This document shows positions 13,702 through 26,499 of a stretch of DNA of 64,000 nt, in pieces; positions within the stretch are counted from its first letter, which is position 1, and each line of letters starts with the position of its first letter. Location of the stretch: NCBI RefSeq assembly GCF_000143415.4, contig NW_003314408.1:1-64000 (forward strand), given 5' to 3'. The stretch is from Selaginella moellendorffii (lineage: Eukaryota > Plantae > Lycopodiophyta). Under the pieces are notes generated by a model that saw only the letters and a list, made by a program, of their open reading frames with translations, was not told the DNA's origin and searched no databases. The position numbers and the translations under genes are program-made.

Positions 13702-14920
13702 TCATGCAACGCAGTTGGAATCGCTAGATCCATCGAGAATCGTGGGACTCAGGCTTTTCACCAGTGGTTGTACTACTTGCACCTCCTGTTTTACTTCCAC
13801 GGAAGAAGGTGATGAAGCTTCCACCTGCAAAAACAGTGTTCTTAGATTCCAAAACGAGAAGAAACAAGAGGATGCTTTGTTCTCGATTGATACGTACTTG
13901 GGGTGGTGGACTTGACCCAGAAGATTGCTGCTGGGATTCTGGCCCGTTGTCCTCCCTGGTTGCTTTCGGAGCTACTTGGAGTGGCTTGTAAGGAGCTTCG
14001 GCTGCTAGAGACGGTGGGAAGAACGCAGGGGTTCCATCCTGACTAGTGTAACCTCGGAAGGGATGCATTCCTGGAGTTGCGTACTGAGCAAACGGCCTAT
14101 CCACGGTGGAGCTAGGAGGAGAAAAGTATGGGAAGTAACCAGCAGCTGGCGGCCTGTTTGCAAACATTGCGTAAGGATGAATGCCGTAAGGCGGCGGAAG
14201 AGGCAAACCGGGAGGAAGGAAAGGAATTGGCGGTGGTGGAATTTGCGAGCCTTGCGTTGGTGGTGCTTGGGGCTGCTGCTGCTGCTGCTGTTGTGGCTGA
14301 GAGAATGGAGGAGCTGCTGGTGATGGAGACGAAGGGACGAGAGGAGGAGGACCAGCAGCAGCGGCTGCTGCTGGGACTGGGAGAGGATATGGAAATGCGG
14401 ACGCACCGAGCATGAGAGAGGGATCCACCGGCCATGACAGCGCGAGCCGGAGTCTCTGTTGGAGTTGCGAGTTGAGTTGGTCCGTCTCGGACTTGAGAAA
14501 AGCTTTCTCTTCTCTTAGCTCGCTCTTCTCCTGTGACAGCTGAAATAGAAACAAGCCGGTCCGTCAACAACTTGAACCAGGAAAAGAGAAAAACTTACGT
14601 TGCGGGATTCATCCAAAAGTGCTGCATGCTCTTTCTTTAGCCGCTTCACCACGGCTCGTGCTCGTTTAGTTCCTGAACACTATCGCTCAAAATTGTTGCT
14701 TTGTCATTTTTAGGCCTGTCTGGATCTGGAGCAACCAAGAAAGAGACGAAATAAGATGGTGAAAGACGAGAGTCGAGATACGGCACCTAATGCACTAGCG
14801 AGCTCGGTAATTGCTCGTTGAACTTGTCCCTTCGCAACTTCTCCCTGTCCGCCTTGTGGACTCTCCTCACGGATGCAAGGTCACTCGCATCGTTTGCAGC
14901 GGATCCACGCCTTAGCCTGG
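13702..14920 (-). pseudogene. bHLH transcription factor, subgroup IVb (bHLH121/URI/bHLH11-like), with two 1-bp deletions
   Basis: HKADREKLRRDKFNEQ, DPDRPKNDKATILSDSVQ, ESRN|LSQEKSELREEKAFLKSE..QQRLR..W match IVb. Frameshifts near 14810 and 14660. Short GT-AG introns at 14726-14786, 14540-14598, 13825-13897. 5' exon not found. Confidence 0.8.
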
Positions 14921-14979
14921 AAAGATTGAAAACTAGTATCAGATGCGAGAAGAGGACGAGGAAGAACAAAAAACTACAG

Positions 14980-15155
14980 CCACAAAGAAAGGAAAACGTT
15001 TGCAAGAATTTAGCGTGGATCAATCAAACGAAGGCATGGTGCACGGAAGAGAACCACAAACAAAAGGAAAACGTTTGCAAGAATTCAGCGTGGATCAATG
15101 AATCGAAGGCATGGTGAATGGAAGAAAACCACAAAAACAAAAGAAAACGTTCGCG
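14980..15155. repeat. ~75-bp tandem repeat, ~2.3 copies
   Basis: ccacaaa..aaggaaaacgtttgcaagaatt(t/c)agcgtggatcaat..cgaaggcatggtg repeated. Confidence 0.85.
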
Positions 15156-15699
15156 CATTCGTCAAGAAAAAAAAAAGGGAACGATAAAAGCGGTTTAAGA
15201 AAAATGAATAAATTTTCTGTCTTTATCAAATTAATAAATACAAAAGCTGAAAAATATCTTAATATTACTATATCAAACCAAACAACTTGTTAATCGCTCC
15301 TGCTGGGATTTCTTGACACCGTTGGGAGCCTCCTAAATAGATCATACTTTGGTCTTGAGGGCCATGCCAAAATGTTGTCATACTTTCCATTCCCAAGTTC
15401 GTCTTCTTTTGGTTGGAGCCTGGTAACCTCTCCCTCCCGGATCCGCTCACCACAACATCTACCAGAATATTTGAAAGCTGAATAAAGATGATTCCCATTG
15501 TATTGTGCATCTTCTCTATGATAAAAGATTCTTTTGGGATAAAGTATACTGGAGATTACAACATTTTAACAGAAAGGACTAAACTAAGTGGTATAAACCA
15601 ACTGTTATAATGAATACTGATAATAAGATAGAGAACGTAGATACCTGTAATTATAATTAAACAGATGGCATTGGTTATGATGAGAAACACTAATGCAAT

Positions 15700-16800
15700 T
15701 AGAAAGGTTACAAGGTCGTGACTTTAAATGCAAATCTTACTGAGAATATAGAATTGATAATGATAAGGTTCTTACCTTTGGAAATAACACCACATACCTA
15801 CTATACATGATGGCCACATACAAAGCACATAAACGTACATTCATATGCTACTAAATGTGTAAATACAAGACTTACAAACCTTATATTCTACTATTTTAAA
15901 TCTGCTAGAGTCAGTCACTGAATATTAAATTTGTAGTAAATATTCATTCAGATCTGTAAATGCATCAGTGGTGAAATAGATCAATATAGTCTTATGGTTT
16001 CATATTCTTCCTTTTTGAGACTCATCATCAAAACATGAAGTTCCAAAAGTTTAAATGTCTTTATCTTTTTTCCCAAATCTTCTTATATGCTTGCTTTGTA
16101 ATCCAAGAAATGGCATTTCAAAATCCTCTGCCCCTTTGAGTCAAATGCTCTCATAACATTTAATAATAAGAGTTTTGGTACACCCATTTTGTTGCCCAAA
16201 ACAATTTAGCAGTATTAAATCTTTGTATATTTATGATAGTATACGGAGAAAAAGAATGGGAATACCCATGGGGTTTTCTTGTTCACTAGCATGGCACTAT
16301 ATATATAATGAGTATCAGATTTTTTATATAAAAGTAATTTTAATACACCAGATATAAAGAGTTTATTAACTAATTAGAATAGAAAATCAATAAATATACT
16401 ACACCAATTTATTTATATACCTTACAATAAATAATTTCTAGAAATTATTATATGAGTCACCCTTACTAGGTATAATAAATGGGGAATTTTTATACAAGCC
16501 TTCAATAGTGGATCAAATAGTCCTATATTATATATAAAGTTAATCTAACATAATTATTAATATTCCAATTATATAATTACAATTTAAAAATTAATGAAGG
16601 AAAATATAAATTTTTAATTTCAATAACATTTATATAGATCAATTTAAATATTAATTTTATATTTTGCAATATGTTTTTCCACTAGCACAAGCTACATTAA
16701 AAATTATAGACATTAGTATTTTTTAAGCAAAAAAAAGACAATAGTTTAAAAGACAGTCAATAAAAGCTAAAATGTAAAATAAAAAGGCTTATGAAGACAT
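15700..16800 (+). mobile_element. Degenerate Penelope-like retroelement RT remnant
   Basis: MATYKAHK (~15811-15834, PLE KxHK-type motif) and RRKRMGIPMGFSCS (16244-16290, PLE GIPMG motif). The YxDD motif was not recognisable. Confidence 0.5.
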
Positions 16801-16874
16801 TCAATCCGGGATGCCGGCGACACTATAGACGATCCAGACTGACGAGTGATCGTGAGGAAGAATGTGCGCACCCC

Positions 16875-17649
16875 NNNNNNNNNNNNNNNNNNNNNNNNNN
16901 NNNNNNNNNNNNNNNNNNNNNNNNNNNNNNNNNNNNNNNNNNNNNNNNNNNNNNNNNNNNNNNNNNNNNNNNNNNNNNNNNNNNNNNNNNNNNNNNNNNN
17001 NNNNNNNNNNNNNNNNNNNNNNNNNNNNNNNNNNNNNNNNNNNNNNNNNNNNNNNNNNNNNNNNNNNNNNNNNNNNNNNNNNNNNNNNNNNNNNNNNNNN
17101 NNNNNNNNNNNNNNNNNNNNNNNNNNNNNNNNNNNNNNNNNNNNNNNNNNNNNNNNNNNNNNNNNNNNNNNNNNNNNNNNNNNNNNNNNNNNNNNNNNNN
17201 NNNNNNNNNNNNNNNNNNNNNNNNNNNNNNNNNNNNNNNNNNNNNNNNNNNNNNNNNNNNNNNNNNNNNNNNNNNNNNNNNNNNNNNNNNNNNNNNNNNN
17301 NNNNNNNNNNNNNNNNNNNNNNNNNNNNNNNNNNNNNNNNNNNNNNNNNNNNNNNNNNNNNNNNNNNNNNNNNNNNNNNNNNNNNNNNNNNNNNNNNNNN
17401 NNNNNNNNNNNNNNNNNNNNNNNNNNNNNNNNNNNNNNNNNNNNNNNNNNNNNNNNNNNNNNNNNNNNNNNNNNNNNNNNNNNNNNNNNNNNNNNNNNNN
17501 NNNNNNNNNNNNNNNNNNNNNNNNNNNNNNNNNNNNNNNNNNNNNNNNNNNNNNNNNNNNNNNNNNNNNNNNNNNNNNNNNNNNNNNNNNNNNNNNNNNN
17601 NNNNNNNNNNNNNNNNNNNNNNNNNNNNNNNNNNNNNNNNNNNNNNNNN
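16875..17649. other. Assembly gap
   Basis: Run of N. Confidence 1.
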
Positions 17650-17666
17650 TATTATCAAATTGTTTA

Positions 17667-17671
<5 letters not shown>

Positions 17672-17732
<61 letters not shown>

Positions 17733-17805
17733 TTGTATATATATGTATATATATGTATATGTATATATATATATGTGTATCTGTATATATATGTATATAT
17801 ATGTA
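17672..17805. repeat. (TA)n/(TATG)n microsatellite
   Basis: Direct inspection. Confidence 0.95.
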
Positions 17806-19020
17806 TTTACAAACCTTACATCATAGAATATAAAGAATATAAAACTCCCATAAAGCCACTAATATAGTTGTTCACAATTATAATTGAAATAAAATCCAAA
17901 GCCATAACACAAATATCACAACTATGGAATCATGATGCACTAGTTGTAATTCTATATGCAATTGCCAAATATTTGAATTAACCTTGAAGGTATAAGTTTA
18001 TACCAAAGCAAGAAATTTTAAGAGCCATTGGAGTTTATAAAGCACCATTACAGCAAATAATACATCCCATATTTAAGCCTGTCTATTGATAATCCTCTGA
18101 GGCTACTATTAACTTGGACTCATGACCATAAATAAAATCTACTTATGTATCTTCCCATCAACCAAAATTTGATACTTACATTAATGTAGACTCATAATTT
18201 TCATCTTTGTTTAGCATCATATATAGGAAGTCAAACTCACTCTATTCATCTTTTATATCCTTTTTATCCCCTCTTTGAAAGAAAAAAAGTTTTAAAGCAC
18301 CAGCTCTATTTGGATTTGTTGTATTTATTCTCACTTTACAATCTATGTTTAGCCTCACTCTACTATTATATTTATTCAGCTTTACTATACTATCACATTT
18401 GTTTGGCCTTATTATATATATATATTTAATTTGATATTTAATATTCTATTCTAGAATTTTCTAGAATAGTCTAGAATATTCTATTTAGATTTGCTATGCT
18501 TGTTTTCACTTTACAATTCATGTTATTCATCTTTGTTCCATTACTATATCCATTCATCCTCACTCTATTGTTGGGGTTGGACTTTTGTTCATCCCCTCTA
18601 CCCCCTCTTTCAAAGAAAAAGAAATTTAAAATATCATGGTAAAAAAGAGAAACTGAGGAAAATTGAAGAAATATTATTGAAGAAGAAAAAATGAATAAAG
18701 AAGCATTAGAAGAGGAATTTTTAATAATTGTCAAATGTTGCAAATTTGATTACAGGTATTGAAAGTTACCTATTGGCAAATTCTTTCAAATATTTTTTCC
18801 TTACTACCACAACAGTAAGAGGTTGGTATTGTTGGACCCTTTTCAATTTCCACATAAATTAGTTGAGAAACTGATTATCATATATGTAATTAGATTAAAA
18901 GGGCACTAAGGAAGGAAATCTTAAGTTGTTATTGAGTTATACATATATGACACGGTGATGAGAAATTTATGTTATTGGCTTACAAATGTTAATATTGGGA
19001 ACTCTTGTGATATTAAGTTT
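17806..19020 (+). repeat. AT-rich dispersed repeat, inverted copy of ~42560-43760
   Basis: Paired spurious ORFs 18491-18694(+) / 42863-43204(-) and 18471-18743(-) / 42994-43254(+); collinear reverse-complement sequence. Confidence 0.85.
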
Positions 19021-19021
19021 G

Positions 19022-22000
19022 TGTCAGGAATCCCCCAATTCGTGCCACATTCCTAACTCTTGCCGAATTCTTGACCCGCAGACCACATTCCTGACTCTCG
19101 AGACACTTCCCTATCATTGACTTTTTGATTTCCCATACGATTCCTGATTCTCGAACCACATTCTTGATGATGACGTGGCACCTCCTCAACCTTAGCTATA
19201 TTTAGGCCATCCTCGATCTAAGAGTGGTGGAGCTTCATTAACCTATAGTATATATAGGTTAGCCTTGTTGCATTTCTCCACAATCTGAATCAACGCTAGT
19301 TTAAGGTTTCTTCTTCGTTTTCCATTAGCTTTTCTCTTTGCAATTTGATTCAGATTGTGCTTTTTGCTTTTGCTTTAGCTCGTTTCGATTGTTTGATTGC
19401 TTTTGTCATTTTCCATTCTTTCTTCTTGCCGATGGAGTCTCCAAGCCATCCTAATTTCTTTGCCGAAGTCCTTGCAAAATCCAGTTTGAGAATACCAAGT
19501 TGAAGGTGGCCCTTCTTCACATGCAACAGGAGCTTGCTTCACTTTCGGCTCAAAGATCAAGTAGAGTTCCTGAACTGAAGGTGAGTTTCCTGGCAAAGTT
19601 CTCAGACAAGCGTTCGGAGCTTCGTGGATTTCTGAACTAGATGGAGTTGATCATCGCACTTCAACCCCACTCCTGAGTTTCAAATCGGCACGATCGGGAC
19701 GTTGCTTGAAGGTGCAGCTTTGTCATGGTTTTCTTCTCTCCTGGAGAAGAGCATGAAAGGGGTCGTGGTTCCGGAGTTGATGGATCTTCAGTTGTTCAAA
19801 GAGACGTGCGAAGCATGTTTTGGCGAGAGGGATTAGGTTCGGACTGCCACCATAAAGATGAGACGTCTCTCTCAGGAGTCTTGTCCTGCCTCGATCTATG
19901 CTGCGGAGTTCCAACTCCTTGCCTTGAACACTCACTGGGATGAGTGGGCCCTGATTGATCAATTTCGTTTCGGCCTCAACAACAGTGTTAAGGATTTGTT
20001 GCTCACCATGGAGGATCCCATGGACCTATCAGACGCCATCAACAAAGCTACTCGATGTGACAATCGTCTCTTTGACTGTCATTAAGAAAGTCGCCGTGCT
20101 GCCGTTTTCTCGTCCTAGACTCAAGAATCCCAACTTGAGTCTTCGAGGCATACTCCTGAATCTACTACTCTGGTCCTAATGGATATTTCTGGTACTCCCC
20201 GACTCATCAGAGGGAAGCTGAGTCCTGTTGAGAAGCAACGTCGAGTATCTCAGAATCTTTACCTCTACTATGCTAATCCTAATCACAAAGCAGCTATGTG
20301 TCCCAAGAAGCCTCCTCAACTGCTCGAGTTCACTCTGCCTCAAGGTCCACCTCTGTTGCAATCGGGAAACGACCTTGTCCAAACAGAGTAGGAGTTGTCT
20401 GTTTGGACTCCCTAAATAAAAATCATTTTTCTTCTTTATCAAGCTCCTCACCACCTTTCATCAAAGCCACCACCAATTCCCACAACTTCCACATCCCATG
20501 TCTCCTTTCTTTCACCGGACAATCAGGACTCAAGGCTCTAGCACTACTAGACTCGGGTGCAACTTCCTGTTTCATGGACACGGATTTTGCTGCCCGACAT
20601 CATGTTCCTCTTTCTCCTACCATACGGGATCTGAGGGTTGAAGGCATTGGTAGGCATTTTGTGACTCCATCTTTTGGACTTAGGAAAATGTTGCCCGTTT
20701 GAGTACACATCAGGTCCACCGTCACCAATATCGCCTTCAACATCATCAACAACAAGTCCTCCTCTGTGGTGCTTGGCCTTCCTTGGTTCCAACTGCACCA
20801 GCCTCAAATCTGTTGGAAGGAATTACAGCTCGTCTCTCCCACATCACCATCTCCCATGTCTTCCCCTACTGTTCATTGAGTCCGAATCAGGAAAAGTTCC
20901 CTAAACTCAAATTGGGGTTCTATTCCTGACTCTACGAAGTTTTCACCCCTTTTGCTCCCTATCCCTCAATCTTCTTTTCCCTTTCTTCAATCTTACACTG
21001 GACAGTATCCTCATCCCATCATTCCATTTAGTCGTACACCTCCTCCTATCTCCACAATCACTATGAGAAAACTCCTTCACGAAGAACTGTTTTCCTTTTT
21101 GCTTTGCATGTTTCTCCTGTCAGTCTTCCTGAGAAATATCATGTTTTTGGGGATGTGTTTGACAAGAAAAAAGCTAGTGTATTGCCTATTCATCAGCCTT
21201 ATAACTGTCCCATTGATTTACAGGAAAAAGCATCACCTCCGTGGGGGCCTATCTACAGGTTATCCCCGTCTAAGCTTAAGGACCTCAAAGAATACATGGA
21301 CAAGAATCTTGCATCAGGGTACATTCAGCATTCACAGTCCCCGGCTGGAGCACTTGTTTTCTTTGTCAAGAGGAAGGATGGGAGTTTGCGGCTAGTCATC
21401 GACTACTGAGGTTTGAACAAGGTAACTATTTAGAACTGTTATCTGCTGTCCCTGATCTCAGACCTATTGGAACGCCTCGGCGGTGCCCACTTCTTCACCA
21501 AGATTGACCTCCATGGAGCATACAACCTGATCCGGATCCGGCCTAGCAACGAATGGAAGATTGCGTTTCGAACTCACTATGGCCACTTTGAGTACACTGT
21601 CATGCCGTTTGGCTTGAGAAATGCTTCAATAGTTTTCTAACACATGGCGAACAATGTCTTTTAGGAGTTTCTTGATCAGATGGTGATCATCTACCTCGAC
21701 AATATCCTTATCTACTCAAAAACTTAGAAGGAGCATGACGAGCATGTGCGCAAGGTGTTAGCGAAGTTGCGGAAACACAGCCTATACGTGAAACTTGAGA
21801 AATGTTCCTTCAATCAGGAGTTCTGTAGAGTTCCTTAGGTATATTGTCACTCCTAAGGGTATCACGATAGATCCTGCCAAAGTCAAAACTATTCTCGAAT
21901 AAGAGCCTCCACAATCAATGTCAGATGTTCAAGTTTTCCTTGGCTTCGTCAACTTCTACTGCAAATTCATTGATCACTACTCCGACATTGTCCTTCCTCT

Positions 22001-23848
22001 CACGCATCTCACTCACAAGGATGTTCCCTTCTCTTGGTCTACTGCTACCCAACAGGCCCTTGACACACTCAAGGTGGCTTTCAGTTTTGTTCCTGTCTTG
22101 ATCCATACTGATCCCTCATAACCTTTCTTCATTGAAGTGAACACCTCCAACTTTGCCATTGGTGCTGTGTTGTCTCAACTTGGAGCGAATCAAGAATTTC
22201 ATCTAGTCACTTTCCATTCTCAGAAATTCCAGCCTGTGGAGATCAATTACGAAATCCACAACAAGGAGCTCCTTGCCATTGTGGATTCCTTTGGAGAGTG
22301 GCATCGTTCCTTTAGGGGGCAAGCCATCAAACAACAGTTTGGATGGATCACAAAAATCTCAAGTACTTTGCCACTTCCCAAGTTTTGAGCCGTCGTCAAG
22401 CAAGGTGGGCACAATTCCTGAGTTGGTTTGACTTTGTTATCAAGTACAAACCTGATGCTCTTTCAAGGCGCTCCTATATCAGTCTAAAGCTTGGTAATCC
22501 TACCTTTGATCAATAGGATCAGGTTATCCTCGGTCTTGATCAGCTTCAAGTTATGGCAATTTTTCTGGCCCCTCAAGACTCCTCCTTGATGGATGCGATC
22601 AGAAACAATCTTCAATCCGACAACCTCGCCAGCGACATTTTCCCCCATCTTCAGACTGGACACCCATTGACTCCCGACTGCCGGCAATTTGATGAGTTCA
22701 AGTTCTTAGATGGCTTGTTATACCGTGGGGAGCAACTTTACGTTCCTGAAGGTGATGCTCAAAGGTTGGTCCTGATGGCATGCCACGATAACCTAACTGC
22801 TAGTCACTTTGGCATTGCAAAAACCTATGAGCTGATTGCATAGGACTTTTGGTGGCCTCACATGGACAACTACATCAAAGCTTTTGTTACCTCCTATGAC
22901 ACTTGCACCCGAAATAAAGTATCTCGCCACCTTCCTTCAAGTTTGCTTTGTTCCCTCTTGGTCCCTTCAAGTCCTTGGGAATCCATCTCCATGGATTTCT
23001 TGAGTGATCTTCCAAGTTCTGGAGGTTTCAACAGCATTTTAGTCGTGGTGGATCACTTCACAAATATAGCACACTTCCTGCCGTGTACCAAGGAGTTTTC
23101 GGGCAAGGACATGGCAACACTGGTATTTAGGGAAATTTTCCGACTTCATGGGATTCCTGCAGATGTGGTTTTGGATTGGGGACCTCAGTTCATCTCTCAT
23201 TTCTGGCAATGGTTCTTGCAGCTGCTTGGAGTGAAGGGCAGCCTCTCTTCGGCGTATCATCCTCAAACTGATGAACAGTCCAAGCGAATGATTCAGATGT
23301 TGGAACAATTCTTGAGGTGCTTCATCAACTATCATCAGGATGACTGGTTTGATATCCTTCCCCTTGCTAAGTTCTCCTATAACAACTCTGTTCACTCCTC
23401 CCTTTGAGTTTGCCCCTTCTTTGCAAACTCTAGCCGAAATTCCTGATTCAATCTCTCACTTTCTTCTCCATCCGAATCCTCATTCAAATCCCTGCTCTGA
23501 GGCATTTGTCTCCAACCTCCACAAAATCCACAACTCCATCTCCTTCCACCTCCATCGTGCTCAAGAATCTCACAAAATATTCGCTAATGTCCATCATCAG
23601 GATTATCCCCCTTACAATATCAGGGATAAAGTCTAGCTCCTCAGGCGAAATATCTCCATCATCAGGCCATGTCCCAAACTTGATTTCAAATGTCTCGATC
23701 CTTTCCCTATCATTGCCATCATTAATCCTGTCACTTATTGCCTTGCACTTCCCTCCTCATATAAAATTCACCCCATTTTTCACTCCTCTCTCCTTGAGCC
23801 TTATATTCCTAGTCCTATTCTAAATTGGGTCATTCTTTCGCCTCCACC
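19022..23848 (+). mobile_element. Ty3/gypsy chromovirus-type (Tcn1/Tf1-sushi-like) retrotransposon, 3'-truncated and degenerate; 5' LTR 19022-19342
   Basis: TG..CA LTR with TATA box; gag (LRQ..FRFGL, CCHC remnant); PR ALLDSGAT; RT FVKRKDGSLRLVIDY..YLDN; RH EINYEIHNKELLAI; INT H..H, PWESISMDF, SSAYHPQTD, GPF-like module. Cut at 23848 by the duplicated block. Confidence 0.92.
20364..20412 (+). promoter_or_regulatory. -1 programmed ribosomal frameshift signal at the gag-pol junction
   Basis: Slippery G GGA AAC (20364-20370), 6-nt spacer, 11-bp stem gtccaaacaga/tctgtttggac; the -1 frame contains protease ALLDSGAT. Confidence 0.8.
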
Positions 23849-23929
23849 AATGGCAAAAAGGATGAAATACAATGCACGAGAGAATGAAAAAAGAGAGAAA
23901 AAATGGTGAATGCTGTGGGTGCAATGTAG

Positions 23930-24710
23930 AGCTGCCGGTGCCAATGCAAGAACACTTTCTGCTATCCAGGCCATCATGCCAGGCATAGTCTAGAGGAATC
24001 TGCTTGCAAGTCCATGGACCTCCTCAAAGACCAGGGAGCCCCGACGCAAAGCTTGGGATTCCCTATGAAACTCGAGTTGAACATGGGGACGTCCAGTGCT
24101 TGTGGAAGCACTCAAGAAAAGTTGTTATATGAGACGTTGAAGAGCAGGAAATCTTTGAGCCTCATTCTGGTCAGCACCGGAGGAATGTCGTCGCTGAGCT
24201 TGTTCCTGGATGAGTTGAGTGACACCATCTTTACAATAGAAGGTGGTATGGAACCGGACAGGTGATGGACCCGTCAAGGATGGCAAGGCTGCTCAAGTTG
24301 CTCCGAATTCCACCTTCCAGATAGTTTGATCCCAACAGCAACTTTGAGCACAGACTGTCCAGTATGGTACCTGAGAGCTTATCTGTGAACTCATTCAGTA
24401 CTTGCAGCTTGTCAATGTCCGTGGGGATTGTTCCAGTCAACTTGTTGTGGATTCTCAACGTCTGGAGATTAGTGAGCTGCAGCGGCACCAAGCCTTTGAA
24501 ATAGTTTCGTAAATCTCCAAGATGGTCATACGAGGCAATCCCAAAGACAGCTTGTTGTAGTCGAACGGACTTGCAGTCCTAGTAGACCAGGATTCCTCCA
24601 GAGAGGCTGTTGTTGAAGAGATGAGCTTTCTGGAGTCGGTCCCCAGTGCACGAGCCGCTTGGAACCGCTTCGGTGAGGAGATTTGTGGAGACGTCGAATA
24701 TCTCAGTTCA
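23930..24710 (-). pseudogene. LRR-RLK remnant, copy 2
   Basis: Same sequence as 6880-7654 with further small indels. Confidence 0.72.
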
Positions 24711-24807
24711 ATTAAGCCACCCTTTTGTGCCTGCCAACCCTTAAATTTTCTTATCTATATAATAGAAAAATGTAAATTCATGAAGAGGGTTAGGGTTTCT
24801 ACAACAG

Positions 24808-25251
24808 ATGAGGATCTGTTTGTTCGAGTATTACCTGCTTGCGCAACAGTGCTCCCCTATGATCGAGGAGGCCTTTGATTATCTTGAGCACGACGAGCCT
24901 CCACCAATGGACGACGAGCTTCCTCCGCAGGATGATCCGAATGAAGATCGGGAGCTCCAAGCAGCGATCGCTCCGGCTGTGAGGAAGAAGAGGGCGGCCC
25001 CCTGGGAAAGATAACCATGCAGTGTTCCAGCCCGCCCACGAAGGCCTTCCCACCAGCGATGATCTTGAGCTAGCAAAATCGATCAAACCACCCTGCAAGA
25101 CTTGTGGCGAGCCCTCCAGTTTCAACGACTTTAACAACAAGAAGATCACGCAGCCGCGATACAAGTGTAAGAACAAGGTCTGCTGAAGCGTGATTCCAAG
25201 TTCCTGTTAAAGGACGAGAAGATCTTGAGGGAGCTTGGTTTGATCATCTAG
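24808..25251 (+). pseudogene. Disrupted copy of the AT-hook/Dof-like ORF
   Basis: ~100-bp internal deletion, frameshift inside the KKRGRPP codons (aagaagagggcggcc) and TGT>TGA near 25184. Confidence 0.75.
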
Positions 25252-26499
25252 AGTAATTATTAAATATGATGGTTTTCATTACTAGCTTTAGTAAGTACAT
25301 GGACCTTTATTTTCCATCTGGTAAACTTCAATGAATAGATGAATTATTAGGGTATGGAAACGCACATGAAAATACCCAGATCCGGACTGGGCATACACTG
25401 TAAATAGCGAAGTGACCACGTCAATGACAGGAGAGGAACAAAAGTCTGTTACCTCCTCCCCAAAGTCATTGGTGTCATGTAAACCCTAAACCCTAAGGTA
25501 AATTAACTAAGAAAGTTTATGCATGAATGTATGATAAAACCACATGCATTGTTTTGTTCCTCAAAAGCTCTGAATTGGCATAATTAAACAATTTTTCATT
25601 CCCAAACTGTTTTCATCTTTCTATAATGTGGAGGGAGGAAGAACTTCAAATAATAGTACTTGATATTTAATCCCAACAAGGGAAATTCTTGTTTTTGTTG
25701 TGAAGAATTTAGGTCATTGTTCTAATCCAATAGAAAGTTGTTATTGTGTTTTTGAAAGTTTTTTCCAATTATCAGTGTTCCCCTTTTGAGCAGACTCATT
25801 CCCAATAGTGTTTACATCAGACAACCTTCTATTAGACTCAAGCACCACATGTGATCCTTCACTACACCCATTTCTTCATGCACCTTCTCTTCCTTGACCT
25901 CCGATCAACTATGACTATAACACCAATATTTATGTTGAGGCACTGAATCTGCTATAAAAGTCTATTGCACAATTTCAGCAAGCTCATTCACCATGAGTGT
26001 GATGGAAATGTTAGGTCCAATTCAGCTCTGCTATGTGCCTTTGTTGTTGTAATCCATAAACACATCTTGTTCTGATTAGCAAAGAAACGGTGGTGTGTGC
26101 CTTTTAAATGACTAGAGAAATTTTGAGGTTGAAAGGTAGTGGCTAGTTTTAAATCTTGTGTTGCCGTTGATGACAAACAATCCTCAATTCTGAAATTTCA
26201 TATATCTTGCATTTTGAGGTAGTAAGAAACACTATTAACAATAACAACTCTAAGTTACAACTTCTTACTGTCTAAATGCCACACTTGAATTGTACATATT
26301 ATTTGTCCACTACAAAATACCAACATAATTTCTACTTTCCATCATCTTTAGATTAGTATTGATGAAATCCATAAATTTCTGACAAATTTATTTTAACTTA
26401 TGAACACAAAGACAATTTGTGTTTCTGCATTTAAACATGAAACATTTTATAATTTACCAATAGTTACTTTCTTAATGAAATAATAAACTTGAAATATTA

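Noticed and set aside
16791-17867. ORFs of 275-358 aa
   Set aside because: They span an N gap; 16800-16874 also looks like low-quality contig-end sequence.
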